Assembly: GCA_029953675.1 (NCBI GenBank)
Contig: JAMWBK010000008.1
Span: forward strand, 1,632,001 to 1,880,000
Direction of reading: 5' to 3'
DNA length: 248,000 nt
DNA from: Rhodosorus marinus CCMP1338
Lineage: Eukaryota; Plantae; Rhodophyta
Every line of letters begins with the position of its first letter. Position 1 is the first letter of the stretch. The translations under genes and the position numbers were made by a program. Under the pieces are notes generated by a model. That model was not told where the DNA came from. It worked only from the letters and a program-made list of their open reading frames with translations, and did not search any database. Shown here piece by piece: positions 54,786 to 68,900 of this stretch.

Positions 54786-55443
54786 CCTCGTTCAGAAGAG
54801 GCAGCAGGACGTCGAATGGACATGGCATAGCTTCTCTCACGGAGAGGGGGTGACGGATACTCTAAACCCTTTCCAAAAGGATCCGCCGGCAGAGAAGAAC
54901 CGAAAGCGATCAGAGGCGTGAGCGCCTGGAGAAGCGCCGTTGGTTCCTAACCGTTGTCGGCAAAATAAGAGTCGGCTCTGAGACTATATTCTGGATTCCT
55001 AGCCATAGGTTTTCATAATCTGACCGGGACGATCCTCGGGATGGGATGGTCAATTGTCCAAAGGTTTTCCGTAAACTTTTGCTGGCGTCGGGCGTTAGGA
55101 AGGGAGGTTCTGGCAGGCAGGCGCTTTAGAATGCTGGGTAGATATCTGGTTGTTGCAATCAGACATCGTTGACCAACTCGCCGAGGGGCTGACCGCTTGA
55201 TGGACTGGACTCGCTCTGGTGTGGTGGTAGTGAGCGCATGAATGGACGATTGAAGCGAGAGGATCTAGCGGCTTCGTAGAGATCCTGCGGGGTTGAGAGT
55301 TTTCAGAGACGTTTCTCCTCGGAGTACCAGGCATCGCTGGATCAGATGTGAAGAGCGGTTTTGTGGTATCGTGTTGTTCTGGTAAAATTTCTGTTCATGT
55401 ACTTTTTTACTATGTTAGGAATGGCTACAGGTTTTGTGTTCCT

Positions 55444-57741
55444 CTATGAGGATCGGCTCCCAAGCAACGCGAAGATGGGCTCGGGCGCAGTTTTGTAAAG
55501 TAAGGAGCCGAGCGGCTCTTTGAATCCGAATCGGTATAAGAGCCTTGGAATCGAGAGTAGGTACTCAGCGATGAGGGGATGCACTGACTGCGTGTATGTG
55601 GAAGCAACGACGTTGTTCACGACAATTGTTCCCTGCAGGGTGTGTGGATTGTACAGGCCAGACTTTTTCACGCGTGAGATCCGGACCACCCTCGACGAGC
55701 CGCCGTTTGCGAGCTCCATCTGATCCCCCTTGGCGACATCCTTCGCCGCTCTCAGCTCGTCACCCGTAACGAGATAGTGCGTCGGAGACAGTTCGATGAC
55801 GTGCCCGTCACTTGATTCGATGCGAATAAACTCCGAAACCACAACAGGATCCCGGTGGGAGAACGCGTAGACATCGCTGAAGGAACCATCCACAACCAGG
55901 ACTCTGTCTCCAGCCTCCAGCTCCCGCATCTCCTTGATCGTTCCGTCCGCCAGGTTCACCTTGGCATCCGCTGGGAAGCAAGCGTTCACCAGACCGGGAG
56001 CTCCTGGCTGAGGTGACTGCGGCGGCTCTGTCCCTTTAACGCACTTGTTCGAAACCTTTTGCTGGAGTTCGTCCTCTGGTTGAAGACCGTAGAGACTACA
56101 TTCAGCTTCAACCTCCCTGATGCAGTCCAGAACTGCCGAAACCAGAGTACAGCAATCGGCGGTAGGTTCATCCTCATCCATGCAGTTGAAATCTTGCTCC
56201 AGATCGCACTCATTTAACTTCAGCGCACACTTCTGGAGCTCATCGAGAGTCTGGGTGGGCGTGCTACTGGCGTCCGGATCTGTAGTCGGGGTAGGAGTTT
56301 CGATCACACTCTGAGTAGGGGTAGCGCTCTGATCAAGCGTCTGCGTAGGAGTGTTGAGTTCACTCGGAACCGCATCAGTAGGTGCCAAGCTTGAAGTAGG
56401 CAATGCGGTACCTGAGCTGGTCGGTGTTGCCGATGGAAGTTCACTGCTCGTTACTGTAGGCATTTCACTTGCTGTTGGCTCCTCGGAGCCAGTTACGGGC
56501 GGAGTAGGAGGAGCCGGTGATTCGCTAGGAGTGCCCTGCTCTGAGGGAGCCGCAGTGGGAGTCGGTACCATCGTTGTTGGCGGGCAGCTTGGCAGGACGC
56601 TCGGCGTAGAAGCTGGTGTTTCGGTGGCTTCCGCCGTGTCGGGGTCGCCAACAATCAGCTCAGCTCCGATGACCGCGACGGTGTTTCTTATGAAAGACGA
56701 GTGGGTTTCGGAGTAGATGCTCATGTAAACTTGTTCATAGGCTGGGTCACAATCTAAAAACCCACGAAAAGCGGAGCAGATACCGAGAAGGTTTTGTTAA
56801 GAAAAGTCGCTATCCAGCCCTGCTTTGCAATCCGTTCGTTCCCTCTTACCTTGAGCGCCGTAGCCATAGCTCGCGACTCCGATGAGGTAGCTATCCTCGA
56901 CACTGCCACCTCTAACCATGAGTGGACCGCCGCTATCACCGTGACAGATCGTCGCTCCGGAGTTATTAAAGTTTGGATAGGAACATATCAGATCCTCGTC
57001 GCCGTTGAAGCCATTGAGCTCGAGGAAATTGCAGTTCTCGGTGGTGACCACCACGCTCGGGGCGTAGTTCAAGGTGCCGTCCAGGTGAGGCTGGTTTGTT
57101 TCATATCTTCCGAATCCAATGGCGATGGAGTCGATTCCACTGGGCGGCTTTGAAAAGCTGATTTTCAGTGGAGGAATGTTGGGGAGCTCTTCCGCAAGCG
57201 CGAGGATCCCCACATCGTGGCCCTCGAAGGCCTGACCCTCAACGTACCCGTCTGGAATGTAGATGTCGGAAACCTCTGAACAGGTGCCCATGTTCTTGCG
57301 AAGGTTGCTCGTCCCACCGCAGGCATGCAGCTTGACGGAGCTGGGAATGCTGTAGACGCAGTGGGCGGCAGTGAGGACGACCCGTGGCGCAATCAGCGAG
57401 GCGCTGCAGAATATATACAGCGCTCCATCCTCATGCTCAGCAATGAGAGCCAAAACGTTGGGGAACTCATCATCATCACGAACCTCCTCCCCATTAAACA
57501 AAAACGTGCTCAGATCCGGCTGCTCAGAGGCCTGTCTCGACAGATTTTCCACCCGGAAGCTAGCGCCCCCGCCCGTGAACAGGCCCAAATGCCGAATGCC
57601 CAAGCCATTCAAGCTCTCAAACGACTGGACGCCAGAAAATTCCACCGGAACCCCCAGAGAAACATCAAAAAGCAGACTAAACACCGACAAAACACCGCAA
57701 AACAAGCTCAAAAACGTCATAGTATGTCCCTTCCTCCCCAT
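55444..57741 (-). CDS. Secreted trypsin-like S1 protease fused through a Thr/Pro/Ser linker to a Hedgehog-type Hint domain (2 exons, intron 56754-56849)
   Basis: LTAAHC/HDVGIL/GDSGGP triad; the intron joins GYGAQ to DCDPAYEQVY in frame; Hint ACFPADAKV, SPTH, GLYNPHTLQGTIVVNNVVAS. Confidence 0.85.
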
Positions 57742-60700
57742 ACTACTCTCTCCACTCAAAGCTTTCCGCACACCTGCTAAACAGCGCCCTCATCTATTCG
57801 AAGATACATACATACTTTACAACACATCTATATACATACAGGATCACTAAAAAGTCCCCACACCTACCTCGCTGACTCCCCATCCCAGCCGTCAGGACCA
57901 ACCTGCCCATCCTTAAAACCAACGGCGGAACTCAAGTCCCGCTAACCATTGCCAATCCGGCCAACATCACCAACGAGGCTGTACAGGAACAAAACTATTT
58001 AATCGTCACTAGCTTTTTAAAAATAATTCACAAACCTCTATCAATCAAAATATATCCCATTTTCGTCCATAATCCAGTTATCAATCAATAAAATATCGTA
58101 TTAAATATTATAACTAAACTCATATCTAGATGACTCTTATCAAGTAGTATTCTGACTCAAACAAATCCTCAATTCAGAACAGACATCGTGCCACTAAGCG
58201 AAATTTACTGGACCCCCTTGTTGTATTACCATAAAATATATTTCATAAACTAAAGTTTCATTATTATGGATAGATTCGACAGAAGGTGAATCAGGATAGG
58301 GGGGTGAGTATTGCGATGGATATATCGTAATCGGCAGTAATCTGTATTGATTTTCAGGATTTGTAATTTTGCTGACACTCATTCATGACAAAAAAGTGTG
58401 TATTTTATTTTGAATTTTCAGGTTGGTTTGCTAGGGTTGGATTTTGGGATTGTTCGGTAGGTTTGGGTTTAGGATGATGCGCAGGTGGTGTTTGTGGTTT
58501 TACTATTGTTTCGGCGGGTAGGGTAGGTGAGTTGAGAGAGTGTGGCGGTTTAGGGACTTGGGTGTGAGTCTTGATGGACTTGAAGATGGATTTTGAACAG
58601 GTCATGTGGACATTAGTGTGTATATATCGTATACGTTGAAGTAGCAGTTTAGTATAGAGGAGTTTACACTTGGAGTACAACCTCCTGAGGTTTTTGTTTG
58701 TAGTTGTTGTGTATGTTTTTGGAGAGGGGAAAGGAATGTGGGCTAACCCGGCTGACCAACGCACCGAGATTGGCAATGGTGAAACGTGTGTGTGAGCAGT
58801 CTGTTATTGGAGGGAAGGGATGTTGTGCTGGAATGCCGGCCCTGGATTGAACGTGGTTTTGGGGTGTGTTGGGGAGGGGGCAGGGGGAGGGAGAGACACG
58901 GAGTGTTTTTGCGTTTTTTTCTTCTTTGGCAGTGGTTCTGGTTTGGTCCTGGTTTGGCTATGACTAGCTCCCCGGGGGGAGCAACAAGCAGGCTAAGCGG
59001 GAAGTTTTTCAGTTTGGGATTGCCTGCATCGGATGCGCGCGGTTAGCAGAATCGAGCTGTATCCTGTTGGAGTGTGGGGCGGGCTGATTGGGAGAGTGGA
59101 ATTGCGTATGATGCAAAGGCGCGAGCAAAAGTCTGAACATGAGAATCTGGGGTTTCAAGCTATCATTTTGACCTGACTTCTCTTGGGTCGCGTGGGGAAG
59201 CAGGGAGGTTGGATGGGAAGGACAGGATTGGGATTTGGTATTTGTTTACTTCGTTTCACTGCAGAGCACGCAGCGCGGACGGGTGATCTGTGAATAGAAT
59301 TGTCCCAGGGGAAAACCAGGGGAAGAATGACTTGGTACAAGGTGTATTGGATGGAGAGGGTTAGTTCTCGATGACATGTGGGAAGCTGTTATCCTGATAG
59401 ACTCCTCTCATGGCTGAGCACTGGTCAGGAAGATAAGCCCAAGCTTCCATTTTTGGGTGTTCGAAGAAATACGAAGCTGGAAAACCATAGTTCCCTCTAT
59501 TATCGAACATATTCGCCTTGCGTTTTGATCCTTTTTCAAACAAGATAGCGCATGCAGGCCAAAAAAAATGGCATTCCCGGTATTTAAGCTTTTTGGGTGT
59601 CATCCGAAGCAAGCCATTCGAGGAGCATGTTTACATAGCGACTACCAGATACAGGGGAGCCTGTGCGGGAAGGTGAAACAAGACAACACAAACTGTAACA
59701 ATCCATATCCGGGAATTTCACAACGTGTCCGGGAGAGTAAACTCTCCAACCCCGGGTTTTCCACACACTTTCTTGCAGAATTCGGATAGCAAAGTAACCT
59801 TCGACAATTACATCTGTGAAAATTTTGACGAAGCAACTGGAATTCGCTCTTCCCTTGATTGAAAAGTTCCCATCCGTGGCAAATTTTCGCCTCCGTTAAC
59901 GGCTCAACGCTTGGTCCGTTCCCTCCCGACATTCCCACATCCAAAAAGTTCTATTTTTATGAAATCGATCGTAGGTTAGATACGATTAGATTATGGTCGA
60001 ACCATCGGATACCGGAAAACGGAAAAAACGATATCAATTTCAAGGTTTTTTTGCGGTAGTTAACGGAAGTTAACGATAATTAACGGTAATATAGGTAATT
60101 GTCAGTAAATTATGCGATTTGGGCCAGTCTACCCTGAAGGCGTACTCATTTTGTGCGGGTGGTTAACCTGTGAATCGATATTCATTGATTCTTCTGCAGC
60201 TCCGGACCTTGTACCTTCATTTCCGTGCCACAGCAAGAAATTTAAAACGGGTAAACAACGAGGACAGACGGTCAGGGTGCTCGCAGGACAATTCCCGAAG
60301 CCAACGAGAACCAACGGAATCCATAAACCTAACTCCTCTAGTCGTTTGCCTTTTGGGTTTTCTAGTCTGTAAGTGTCGAAGATCATTTCCTCGGTCATCT
60401 TGAAAAAGAAGTCCAAACCCGGAACTGAGCTCATCGATCCGACAGGATTTGGACCAGAGCTCCATATGTCGCGATGTTCTCTTTTATTGATTCAGATAAT
60501 GCCCTCCCCCTACTACTGGCACTCTAATCTCCCCTCCAGCCAAGGCTGTGAGAATCGTACTGACGGTTGTGGTTGCCAGTTTCTGAGCCCACCGTGCGAA
60601 ATGCCCCAACCGAGAATTTCTGCGTGAGCGCAGAGGGATATCCTCCGGTATTTGCAGTTATACTTTGTTCAAGTCGACTCCTTTGACACCTGGTTTCGTC

Positions 60701-60890
60701 TCAGTGACGCGTCCGAGGCTGAAACTTGCGCCCAACAACATGTTCCTACGCATCCTGGTGTTGTAATCAATAGTGAACAGTTCGACCCAAAAAATGAAGT
60801 CCGTCTTCGCGCTTCAGGCTGCGTTGCGAAAAAAACCGCCACCCAGTGGTGGTGGCATAGTTCCCCGGGGCTTAAGGGTTTATTAGACAA

Positions 60891-63242
60891 TCAAATGACT
60901 CTAAGAGCTTTGACTCTGGCCGCCTCGAAGTCGTTGTTGGTCAGTTTGAGGCCTCCGACGGGACTCGTCATGCTATCATAGAAGGTAATCGCATACTGGT
61001 AGCTCGACGATGGCTGGAGAACTGCTCCGGAAATCTTTACAGCCCTTGAGTTTGCCAGAGTAATTGCCGAAGGGGAGCCGCTCATCCCCGAGAACCCCAA
61101 CACCCGCAAAGATAGATAATTACAACCTTCGAACTGCAGCTGGCCAGAGTAGGAGCGTAGTGAGTTTTTGACTGTTACGCCGTATACCACTGGGGCATTG
61201 ATATTCTTCATTGTTACAGCCCTGAAACTGTACCGGACCAGCATCTTGTTCAATGAAATCTCTGTGGTCGAGGGAGATTTGCTGTCAACGGAAATACCCG
61301 TATTCACTCTGCGAACCTCTACATTAGTCAGGATCACACGATTGGGTCTCATCAGTTCTCCATCGTGCGTGGTAATAACCCCATAGACACTACCTTCGGC
61401 GTAAATATCGTCCCCGAAAACACCGCCGACGCCGTTCTCGATCCTCAGCGCATGCTGCTGACTCATATCCCCGGCCCAAGCCCTTACTCTCTCCACAACG
61501 ACGTTATCCACCACTTTCCCATTCTCCACATTGCTTGAAAGCGTGATCAGACCATCTCGGTTGCTCTTGCCCGTGATTGTCCGGAGGGTCACACCATCGA
61601 TCTTATCGGTCGTTGGGAAAACCATCAACCCCACTCCGGAGGAGTACTCAAAATCACAGTGCTTAACGGCAGTTCGTCCGCTCCGGATCTGAAGCAGTGG
61701 CAATCGTGACCCATCGCTGACGAGGTTCCGAAGTCCCACAAACCTGCAGTCCTCGATGGTGACGTCTTCGGCGTAGACGACTACTGGAGTATCGTGCTTG
61801 TTCAGCTGCTGGACGTTGATTCCAGACAACGTCAACGGTTTCCTGATAACCACCGTGCTTACGTCAAAGACACAATTCGGGCCGGGTCCTACGAGCTTGA
61901 CATAGGGATCTGCTGCCAAAATCTGTTCTTCCAAGCCCACACTGCACAGTAACGTCACTATCGGTGCGGAACCCTTGATGGGTGCATCCGTAGGCTCGGG
62001 AACCGGCGTGGCGCTAGGAGAGGGTAGCGGCGAGTCTGTTGGCTCTGGTGTGGGTATTGGCGTTGGTGCCGGGGTTGGTGTGGGAGAAATCAACAACACA
62101 GACGCTATAGTAGCCTTGGAGAGCGTCGACTCTGACACATGCAGCTCACTTGCAGTCAGACCGTAGCCAATCTTGAATGAGATGCCGTATGCGTAGCTTG
62201 TTCTGTCGCCGAGGACGACGGATCTCAACTTGACGTTCTTCGACTCATCGACTTCCACAGCCGCTCTCTTTGATTGTCCCTCCGCAATGTACAAATCCTT
62301 CCCTCTCAGCCCATCACAGTTCAGGAAGGTCGCGGCTGCTCTATTCCCCCCCGGCACCGGTGCAGACACACGTACGTCCTCAACCCGAAGACGTCGTACA
62401 TTCCTCATAAGCAAGGGCTGTCGCGAGCCCGTGGAGCTAATCCTCGAGATTCTGACAGTGTCGTGGGGAATTTCGGGCTGGGTCTGGAAGATGATTCCAT
62501 ATTTGTTGTCCTTGACGCGTACATTGGATATTGTGATGTTTCTGTTCGCCTGCAGCTCTTTGTGGTGATCCTGAATGGCCAACCCATAGTAACAGCCCTC
62601 GGCGTAAACATTGCGAACTACACAGCCCGAGACACCGTCGCTTACTTCAACAGCACCTTTCAGAGTGGGACCGTAGGCCCTGACGTTCTCGACAACAATG
62701 TTTTTGGTCGTTCGTCTGTTTCCTTTTGCTGTAGTAAGGGAGACAGTTTCTCGACTGTTGTGCATCCCTACAATGTCACGCACGAAGCCGCCGTCTATGT
62801 CAGGGCCATCGTCATGTGGTGGGACGATGGTGATCCCGTCCCGCGCAGAATTTATCAACTGCCCTCGTTCGATATGGAAGTCGCTGGCACGCACAACCAG
62901 CAAGGACTCTCTCAGTTTGTCAAGCACCGTCCCATGGTTACCAATAAGAACGAAATCATAAATGCTGAACCCCTCGGCCACCACATTAAACACTGTCATC
63001 GCGAGTCCGTCCTTTAACTGAGCATGAACTCCCCGGATTGTTATGCCGGGTCTGCTTATTAGAATAGACGATTCAATGAACCACAGACACCCTCCCGCTG
63101 GAGCGAGTAGCTCCGAACCCGCCGGAGCATCCTTAACCTGCTCCTTTAAGGGTATTCTACAGTCTAATACAATCGGGTCGGCACACCGGCTGACCCCCAA
63201 AAGTAGTGCAAAGGCCACTAGAAAACATCTCAACGTCTTCAT
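60891..63242 (-). CDS. Secreted right-handed parallel beta-helix protein (two domains, PT linker)
   Basis: Signal peptide, repetitive beta-strand pattern, internal duplication around PTPAPTP; paralog at 71150. Confidence 0.8.
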   Translation of the reverse strand: MKTLRCFLVAFALLLGVSRCADPIVLDCRIPLKEQVKDAPAGSELLAPAGGCLWFIESSILISRPGITIRGVHAQLKDGLAMTVFNVVAEGFSIYDFVLIGNHGTVLDKLRESLLVVRASDFHIERGQLINSARDGITIVPPHDDGPDIDGGFVRDIVGMHNSRETVSLTTAKGNRRTTKNIVVENVRAYGPTLKGAVEVSDGVSGCVVRNVYAEGCYYGLAIQDHHKELQANRNITISNVRVKDNKYGIIFQTQPEIPHDTVRISRISSTGSRQPLLMRNVRRLRVEDVRVSAPVPGGNRAAATFLNCDGLRGKDLYIAEGQSKRAAVEVDESKNVKLRSVVLGDRTSYAYGISFKIGYGLTASELHVSESTLSKATIASVLLISPTPTPAPTPIPTPEPTDSPLPSPSATPVPEPTDAPIKGSAPIVTLLCSVGLEEQILAADPYVKLVGPGPNCVFDVSTVVIRKPLTLSGINVQQLNKHDTPVVVYAEDVTIEDCRFVGLRNLVSDGSRLPLLQIRSGRTAVKHCDFEYSSGVGLMVFPTTDKIDGVTLRTITGKSNRDGLITLSSNVENGKVVDNVVVERVRAWAGDMSQQHALRIENGVGGVFGDDIYAEGSVYGVITTHDGELMRPNRVILTNVEVRRVNTGISVDSKSPSTTEISLNKMLVRYSFRAVTMKNINAPVVYGVTVKNSLRSYSGQLQFEGCNYLSLRVLGFSGMSGSPSAITLANSRAVKISGAVLQPSSSYQYAITFYDSMTSPVGGLKLTNNDFEAARVKALRVI

Positions 63243-63779
63243 CTTCAGCAGCTGGAAAATGTTGTCTTCCTGAAAGTCGTTATCTATTGCACCGCCTCAA
63301 CCACTCCTACCCTCACGTCTCACAGAACCATTCACAAGGTACACGGATCGTTCTCCTCGTCCGAGAGATTGGCAGGGAGAAGCGGAGCCATTCTACGACA
63401 CTATGTATCCTGTCACTTCCACCCATAAGCCGCACCCTGCTCTACCACCTGCCCTCAAAAAAAAAGACCTGCCGGCTCAAAACCGTACACCATCCGGGAC
63501 GGCCATAATCCCAATAGATGATAAACAACAAAAAAAAAGACACTTTCGCATCCAGCACAGAGTACACAGCGCTTGGGTAGATCCAAAATATGGAGGGCAA
63601 AAATAGGAAGACCTTCAAGAGGATCGGAGGCTAGACTGAATAGACAGACAGACTCTAAAACTGTTGTCCTACTCAAATTAGTCCCAATTCGTTGGCGAGA
63701 AGAACCTGCTCCGTTCCCCAGTTGACCAGTCGAACGAATGGTTTAATCGGAGGCTGAAAAAAAAAACCCCGAGGGGAAA

Positions 63780-66550
63780 AAAAGACTAAGCGCGGCGAAG
63801 TACTCGCGCCTCCAACATCAGAGCGGCATTCATGCGCCACAGCAGGAAACTTAAGCGGGTAAACAACGATTGAAGACGGTCAGGGCGTTCGCGGCCTTGC
63901 AGTATTCAAGGGCACCCAATGAGGGGCCATTTACTAAAAACTCAATAATTATAAATATTTAGACAACTCTTTTCATATGCGTAGCAACCTGACTAACGAC
64001 CGTAGATGATTGCACAATGAGCTCCCCAAGAAAAGGAATTAGCGAATACAATAAAAATTCAGACGGTGTGGCTGTCGGTGTGGCCAATTTCCTCCCGAGC
64101 GCTTTTCTCACAGGTTCCAGCCTTTGTGGAGAGCTTTGGGCATCTGACAAAAGCCCCGTTTGGAGAGGCTGCGGAAATGTTTACTAACCATTCTCCTGAA
64201 TATTTGGGACTCTTCCGCCGTTTAAAAAGGGTACGGCTCTGTATATAATCTATCAGGATCCTCGCCGAACCGCCGCCACCACCGCCCCTAGCACGATTTT
64301 GTTCTCCCTAGTTCCTAGTTACCTGGCCGGGCTGATCGCTCCTCACGTAAGAACATCTGCTTGGATGAGAGTGAGCATAGCACGTCACTTTGTCTTTGCA
64401 GACAACTGTGGCAGTCTCGCTTGACTCCTACGAAGTCACCTCTGTGTGACTGTCGACGGCTTAATTTCTGACCATGGGGAGATTCGCGTTCGCGCGACCT
64501 CCCCTAACTCCCTCATCCTACTGAATATTTGGCGCTCTTGAGGCGTTTAAGTGTCTCCCTTTGGCGATATTCCAGCGACATGCTTTCCGAGGCGCGCCAT
64601 CGGCGCCTGGGGTTGCATACTTCCCTCCCTAGTTATTAGTTCATCTTCACGCCTTGCGTAGCGCTTCAGGCTATGCTAGTAAAGTCCAGTTCCTAGTTCC
64701 TTCTCACGCCCTGTGCGTAGCACCGCGGGCTAAGCTTGTAAAACCATCATCTCAATCCTCCTTTCCCCAGTTCACCAATCCGAACACAAGCCCCTCTGTG
64801 CACAACTTGCACCAGCTAAGCACTATTCAATCTTTCATTCGCGGCGCAAACCGCTGCCTTGATGGTGGAGGTGCGCGATGTTCTCCCCCCTGGTCATTGT
64901 TTTCCGTTCCGCTGGGGTTTTTTTTCTTTTCAGCTCCGATTAAACAAGAATTCATTCAGCGATCGTTCTAAAAGAAAACCGTCTACTGCTTATAAAATTC
65001 AGGACGCCATAAAAATCGTATAAATAAGTTTACGATTTCAGTATTCAAAACACCCAATTATAGGCCAGATACTGAAACTCAATAATCAGAAAGATTTAGG
65101 CAGCTCCGATCAGATAGATGCTATCCAACTTTCGGATCAGATGATTGCACAATGAATTCTCCAAGAATAGGAGTTATGGAATATAATAACAGAATTTATG
65201 ATCCCCTTAGCGAACCCCATGAAGGGACAGGAATCGACCTGGAAATTTGAGGTTTGAAAAACTAAATATTTTAAACCGGGAAACGGGTAGATTTAGGGTT
65301 TACGAGTTTCGATCGCCCGCATGAAAATAATTGTTTTTAAATAGTTTTTGGATTGTGAACAGAGTTTGGATGAAAAAAAACAAAAACCGCCCGTTTACTG
65401 TTAGCCATATTTGATTGGATGATTGTTCCAATGGAAGTGTTTTTAAATAGTTTTTTCGACGGCTGTGAACACAGTTCTGATATGAAACGCCTTTTTTAGA
65501 GTTTAGCCAGATGAGATCGGATGATTGGTTAAACTGCAAGTGTTTTTAGATTATTTTAATGATGGTTTTCGTCTGTTTGGAATCGCGCGAAGTTGATGAT
65601 ATGGATAGTGGATGTGTCCTTGTGGGCGAGGAGGAGCCGCCTCGGTTTTAGGTCCTGGTTTCAGATGGCACAATCTCACACGAGTCAATGCAGGATCGTT
65701 CTAGATGTTTTCAGAAAACTTCCCACCTCCTTTCGCGGGGTGGTCCTGTAGAACTCAAGCTGGTTAAAAACCCTAGAAACGAGTGTTTCCAAAGTGGGTT
65801 TACGCCCTTTCTTTTTAACTGAGTTTCCACGGCGAAATATCAACCTCCCATGTAGCCTGCCTTTGTCAGCAGAAAAATAGGCTATCTGAACTTAACTAAA
65901 GCCTCGGGGTGGCCTGTGGTTCACCTCGGGGGTTTTTCTTTCAGTCTCCGATTGCAAAAATTCACATTCGACGGCTAACAACCGCGAGAAGGGAGAACTA
66001 CACTCGACGCCAAGGAACGAGCCTCGAGGATAAGGGCCGCTAATCTCCGCCACAGGGCTAGACAAAGCAGAGATTGGAAACGCGTCAAGCGATCAAGTTG
66101 TTCCCCAAAGTAACTCACGCAACCAGATAACTTCTGCAACCGTCCATGACCACCAAAACAGCTCAACAGGATGAGGGACAAAGCGATGCACGAGGGCCGA
66201 TTGAAGTCCTCATTGATTCTGTTGGCGCACGGTTGTAGCCGGACAGAACGACACCATTAGGGCCTGGCTGACAACGGAGTAAGCCAGGGAGATGTCAAGC
66301 GAGGCGAGGCCAAGGGGTAACTGTAGCCAACTGCGACACCAAAAATAGAACATAGATGCTACCAAAAATAGCACTGTGTTTAGATGAGAGATATGTAGAG
66401 GCCTTGTCTGAGGGTATGAATAGGCTAGGACGGAGTAGAATATGATAGGGCTTAGAAAAGAGAAGTCAGGGGGAAAATATTCTTTGGACTTGTCAAGCAA
66501 CTCTTCGTGAGGGGGTTACTGAGACGCAAAAAAGTTCCAATAACTCCACT
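63780..66550. mobile_element. Cluster of CRE-like 3' fragments (families A, C, D) in mixed orientation
   Basis: RLE C-terminal motifs (VESFGHL, ALWRRLAALILEAR) and family-specific 3' ends. Confidence 0.65.
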
Positions 66551-67199
66551 GCGGGTCAACAGTATATGATCTATGCACCGAATGTACTATCCAAGCTACG
66601 CGATATAATCTGACCATCCAACTAGGCTAAGGACGTAAGTCAACACACCGGCGGCGAACAAACCCGATCGTCTTTCGAACAAGCAGTAAATTAAACGTTT
66701 CCTCAGGCATTCGCCCTTCGGCTCTAGCTCATGGCCTGGTACCTCTGGTCATTGAGTGAAAAAAAAAACGCCCTGTGACCGTCTATCCTCGTTGCTTACC
66801 AGTCTAAGTTTCTTGCTGTGGCGTGTGAACGCTGCTTTGATGTTGGAGGCACACGATCTTCGCCGAGCTTTTTTCCCTCAGAGTTATTTTTTTCAGTCTC
66901 CGATTAAACAAAATCATTCAAATTAAAGGTCATATCCTCTCCATGAGGGCAGACATGTTTAGGCACTGAACAGGCAATATTGATGTATATCTAGATATAT
67001 ACAATTCTTAATTGTCAAAAAACGAGTTGTAGCCGTTAACGTAGAGGCAATATATTCCCAGAAAAACGACGAAGTTCTAGTTTCAAGTCTCATAGATTCC
67101 ACATCTATGACCAGCTCTGTTGTCAATACTAGACAGCGCTTCGAAATATTTCCAATAAAAGAAGTTTGATGCCATTGGATTCTAAATTTTTCTATTTAA

Positions 67200-67700
67200 G
67201 AATTGTTCATTCCTCCGTCGCCATTTCGATATAAAAGAAATAGAAATAACCTATCGCCACGCAGCGGTGAGACCATGTTCACGCACCACTGCTCCTGGCC
67301 GGCAGCTGTCCAACGAGCGCCGGTGCTAATATTAGCAAAGTGGTATACTATTCTTGTTCACAAAATTGGACTTCCCCCAATCTATCCCCGAAAACGGTAA
67401 CCCCTCTTTTGTTGATCCCTAACAAGACTGAACGATTGTACAAGTCCTGCCGTTGGCAAGGGCGACATTTATGTGACATATGGGGGATGGTGTCAGCGGC
67501 GAACTGGTCGTCCGCTCCAAGACAGGTCATCGCTGAGACTTTTCCTTTACTTATTACTAGTCCGTTGGGACCTTCGCTATGGAGTCGGAACCCTTTAGCT
67601 GAAAAAGTCCTAACTGAAAGTAGATTGTAAGCTAGTCCAGGAATATAGTAGATGTCTTTCAGCATTATTTTCCCGCCAAGCTCAGGCGCGGAATTAATAC
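67200..67700 (-). mobile_element. Ty1/copia protease/pre-integrase fragment
   Basis: LKDIYYIPGLAYNLLSV motif. Confidence 0.7.
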
Positions 67701-67819
67701 TGAACGGCGTCTACTGTATTCCTGGACTAGCTTGTAATCTACTTTCAGTTAGGATTTTCTTAGCCAAAGGGTTTTGACTCCATAGCGTAGGTCAAAACGA
67801 AATAATAATAAGTAAAGGA

Positions 67820-68900
67820 AACGTCTCAGTGATGGCCTGTAAACATAGAGCGGACGACCAGTCGAGAGCAACGATTAAAGGCACTCCTAAAGTCTACCAA
67901 GAACAAACCGTAATCTGGCGAGCAGGTGAGATCCGAGCGAAGAAGTACTGATAGCAATGCACATCCACCACGATAGCCCGGGCCCAACTGCACGTGCCCA
68001 AAGAAACGACGGGGTTCGTGGACCAAAACTTTGACCAGCCACCGAGCTGCCAGTTTATGGATCACTTCCACCATGCCAATGGGCGAATGGCAGGAGTCGA
68101 AGCAGTGTGACCCGGCTTGGAGAGCAACCATAGCTGCGTCCATTCCACTAAAAAGAAATTCTGGGACCAAAACTGGACCAACCACCGAGCTGCCAGTTTA
68201 CGGACCACTTCCACCATGCCAATAGGTCGAAGGGCTGGAGTCGAAGCAGTGTGACCCGACTTGGAGAGCCAACATAGCTGCGTCCGTCCCAGTAAAAACC
68301 AGGCGGGATCACAAAAAGGATCGCCATTGATGATTCCCTCCAACACGGACGCAACCGCTTTCATACCGTCCTCACTCAAAATACGGAGGTATTCCACCCG
68401 CAAACCCGAGGGCCCAGGAGAACGACCCTTTGGAGCAGACTGGACAAGCTCACGCACCGCCTCCGAGGTGACCACCAGCCGCTCATCCTCATTGGACGGT
68501 ACTTGGAACGCCTCCAGACCGCGTCAAAAGACGGGTCCCACCAAGAGCCTGCTGCGGAAAAAGCGAGCGTTGCGGAGAAGCCATGTCGTCAGAATTCTCG
68601 AGCACAGGTTGCCGTTGCCGGAGGATACCGGCAGCACGCTGGAGATCACCGCCTGCCACAGCCTGACGCGCCGGTGTTGGCGACTAGACCTGAAATCTGA
68701 AGGGGGCCATGTAGAGAAGGAGGGGAGGGAAGCAAAGTACAGCGTTCGAGCTCTTCAGCTGGGCAGGCGGTTCTCCTGCGAAGCAACGACAAGAAGGCTG
68801 GTCAGGTTCGAGACGAGTAACGTGCGACGACGCTTCTCGGAATGGGTGCTAAATGAGCCTACGCGCAGCTCCACGAGCTGAGAGACTGCAGCGCCAGCCA
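67820..68900 (-). mobile_element. CRE-clade reverse transcriptase N-terminal region, frameshifted
   Basis: SPGPSGLRVEYL, LRPIGMVEVVRKL, QLGPGYRGG, VDFRSAFN motifs. Confidence 0.85.
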
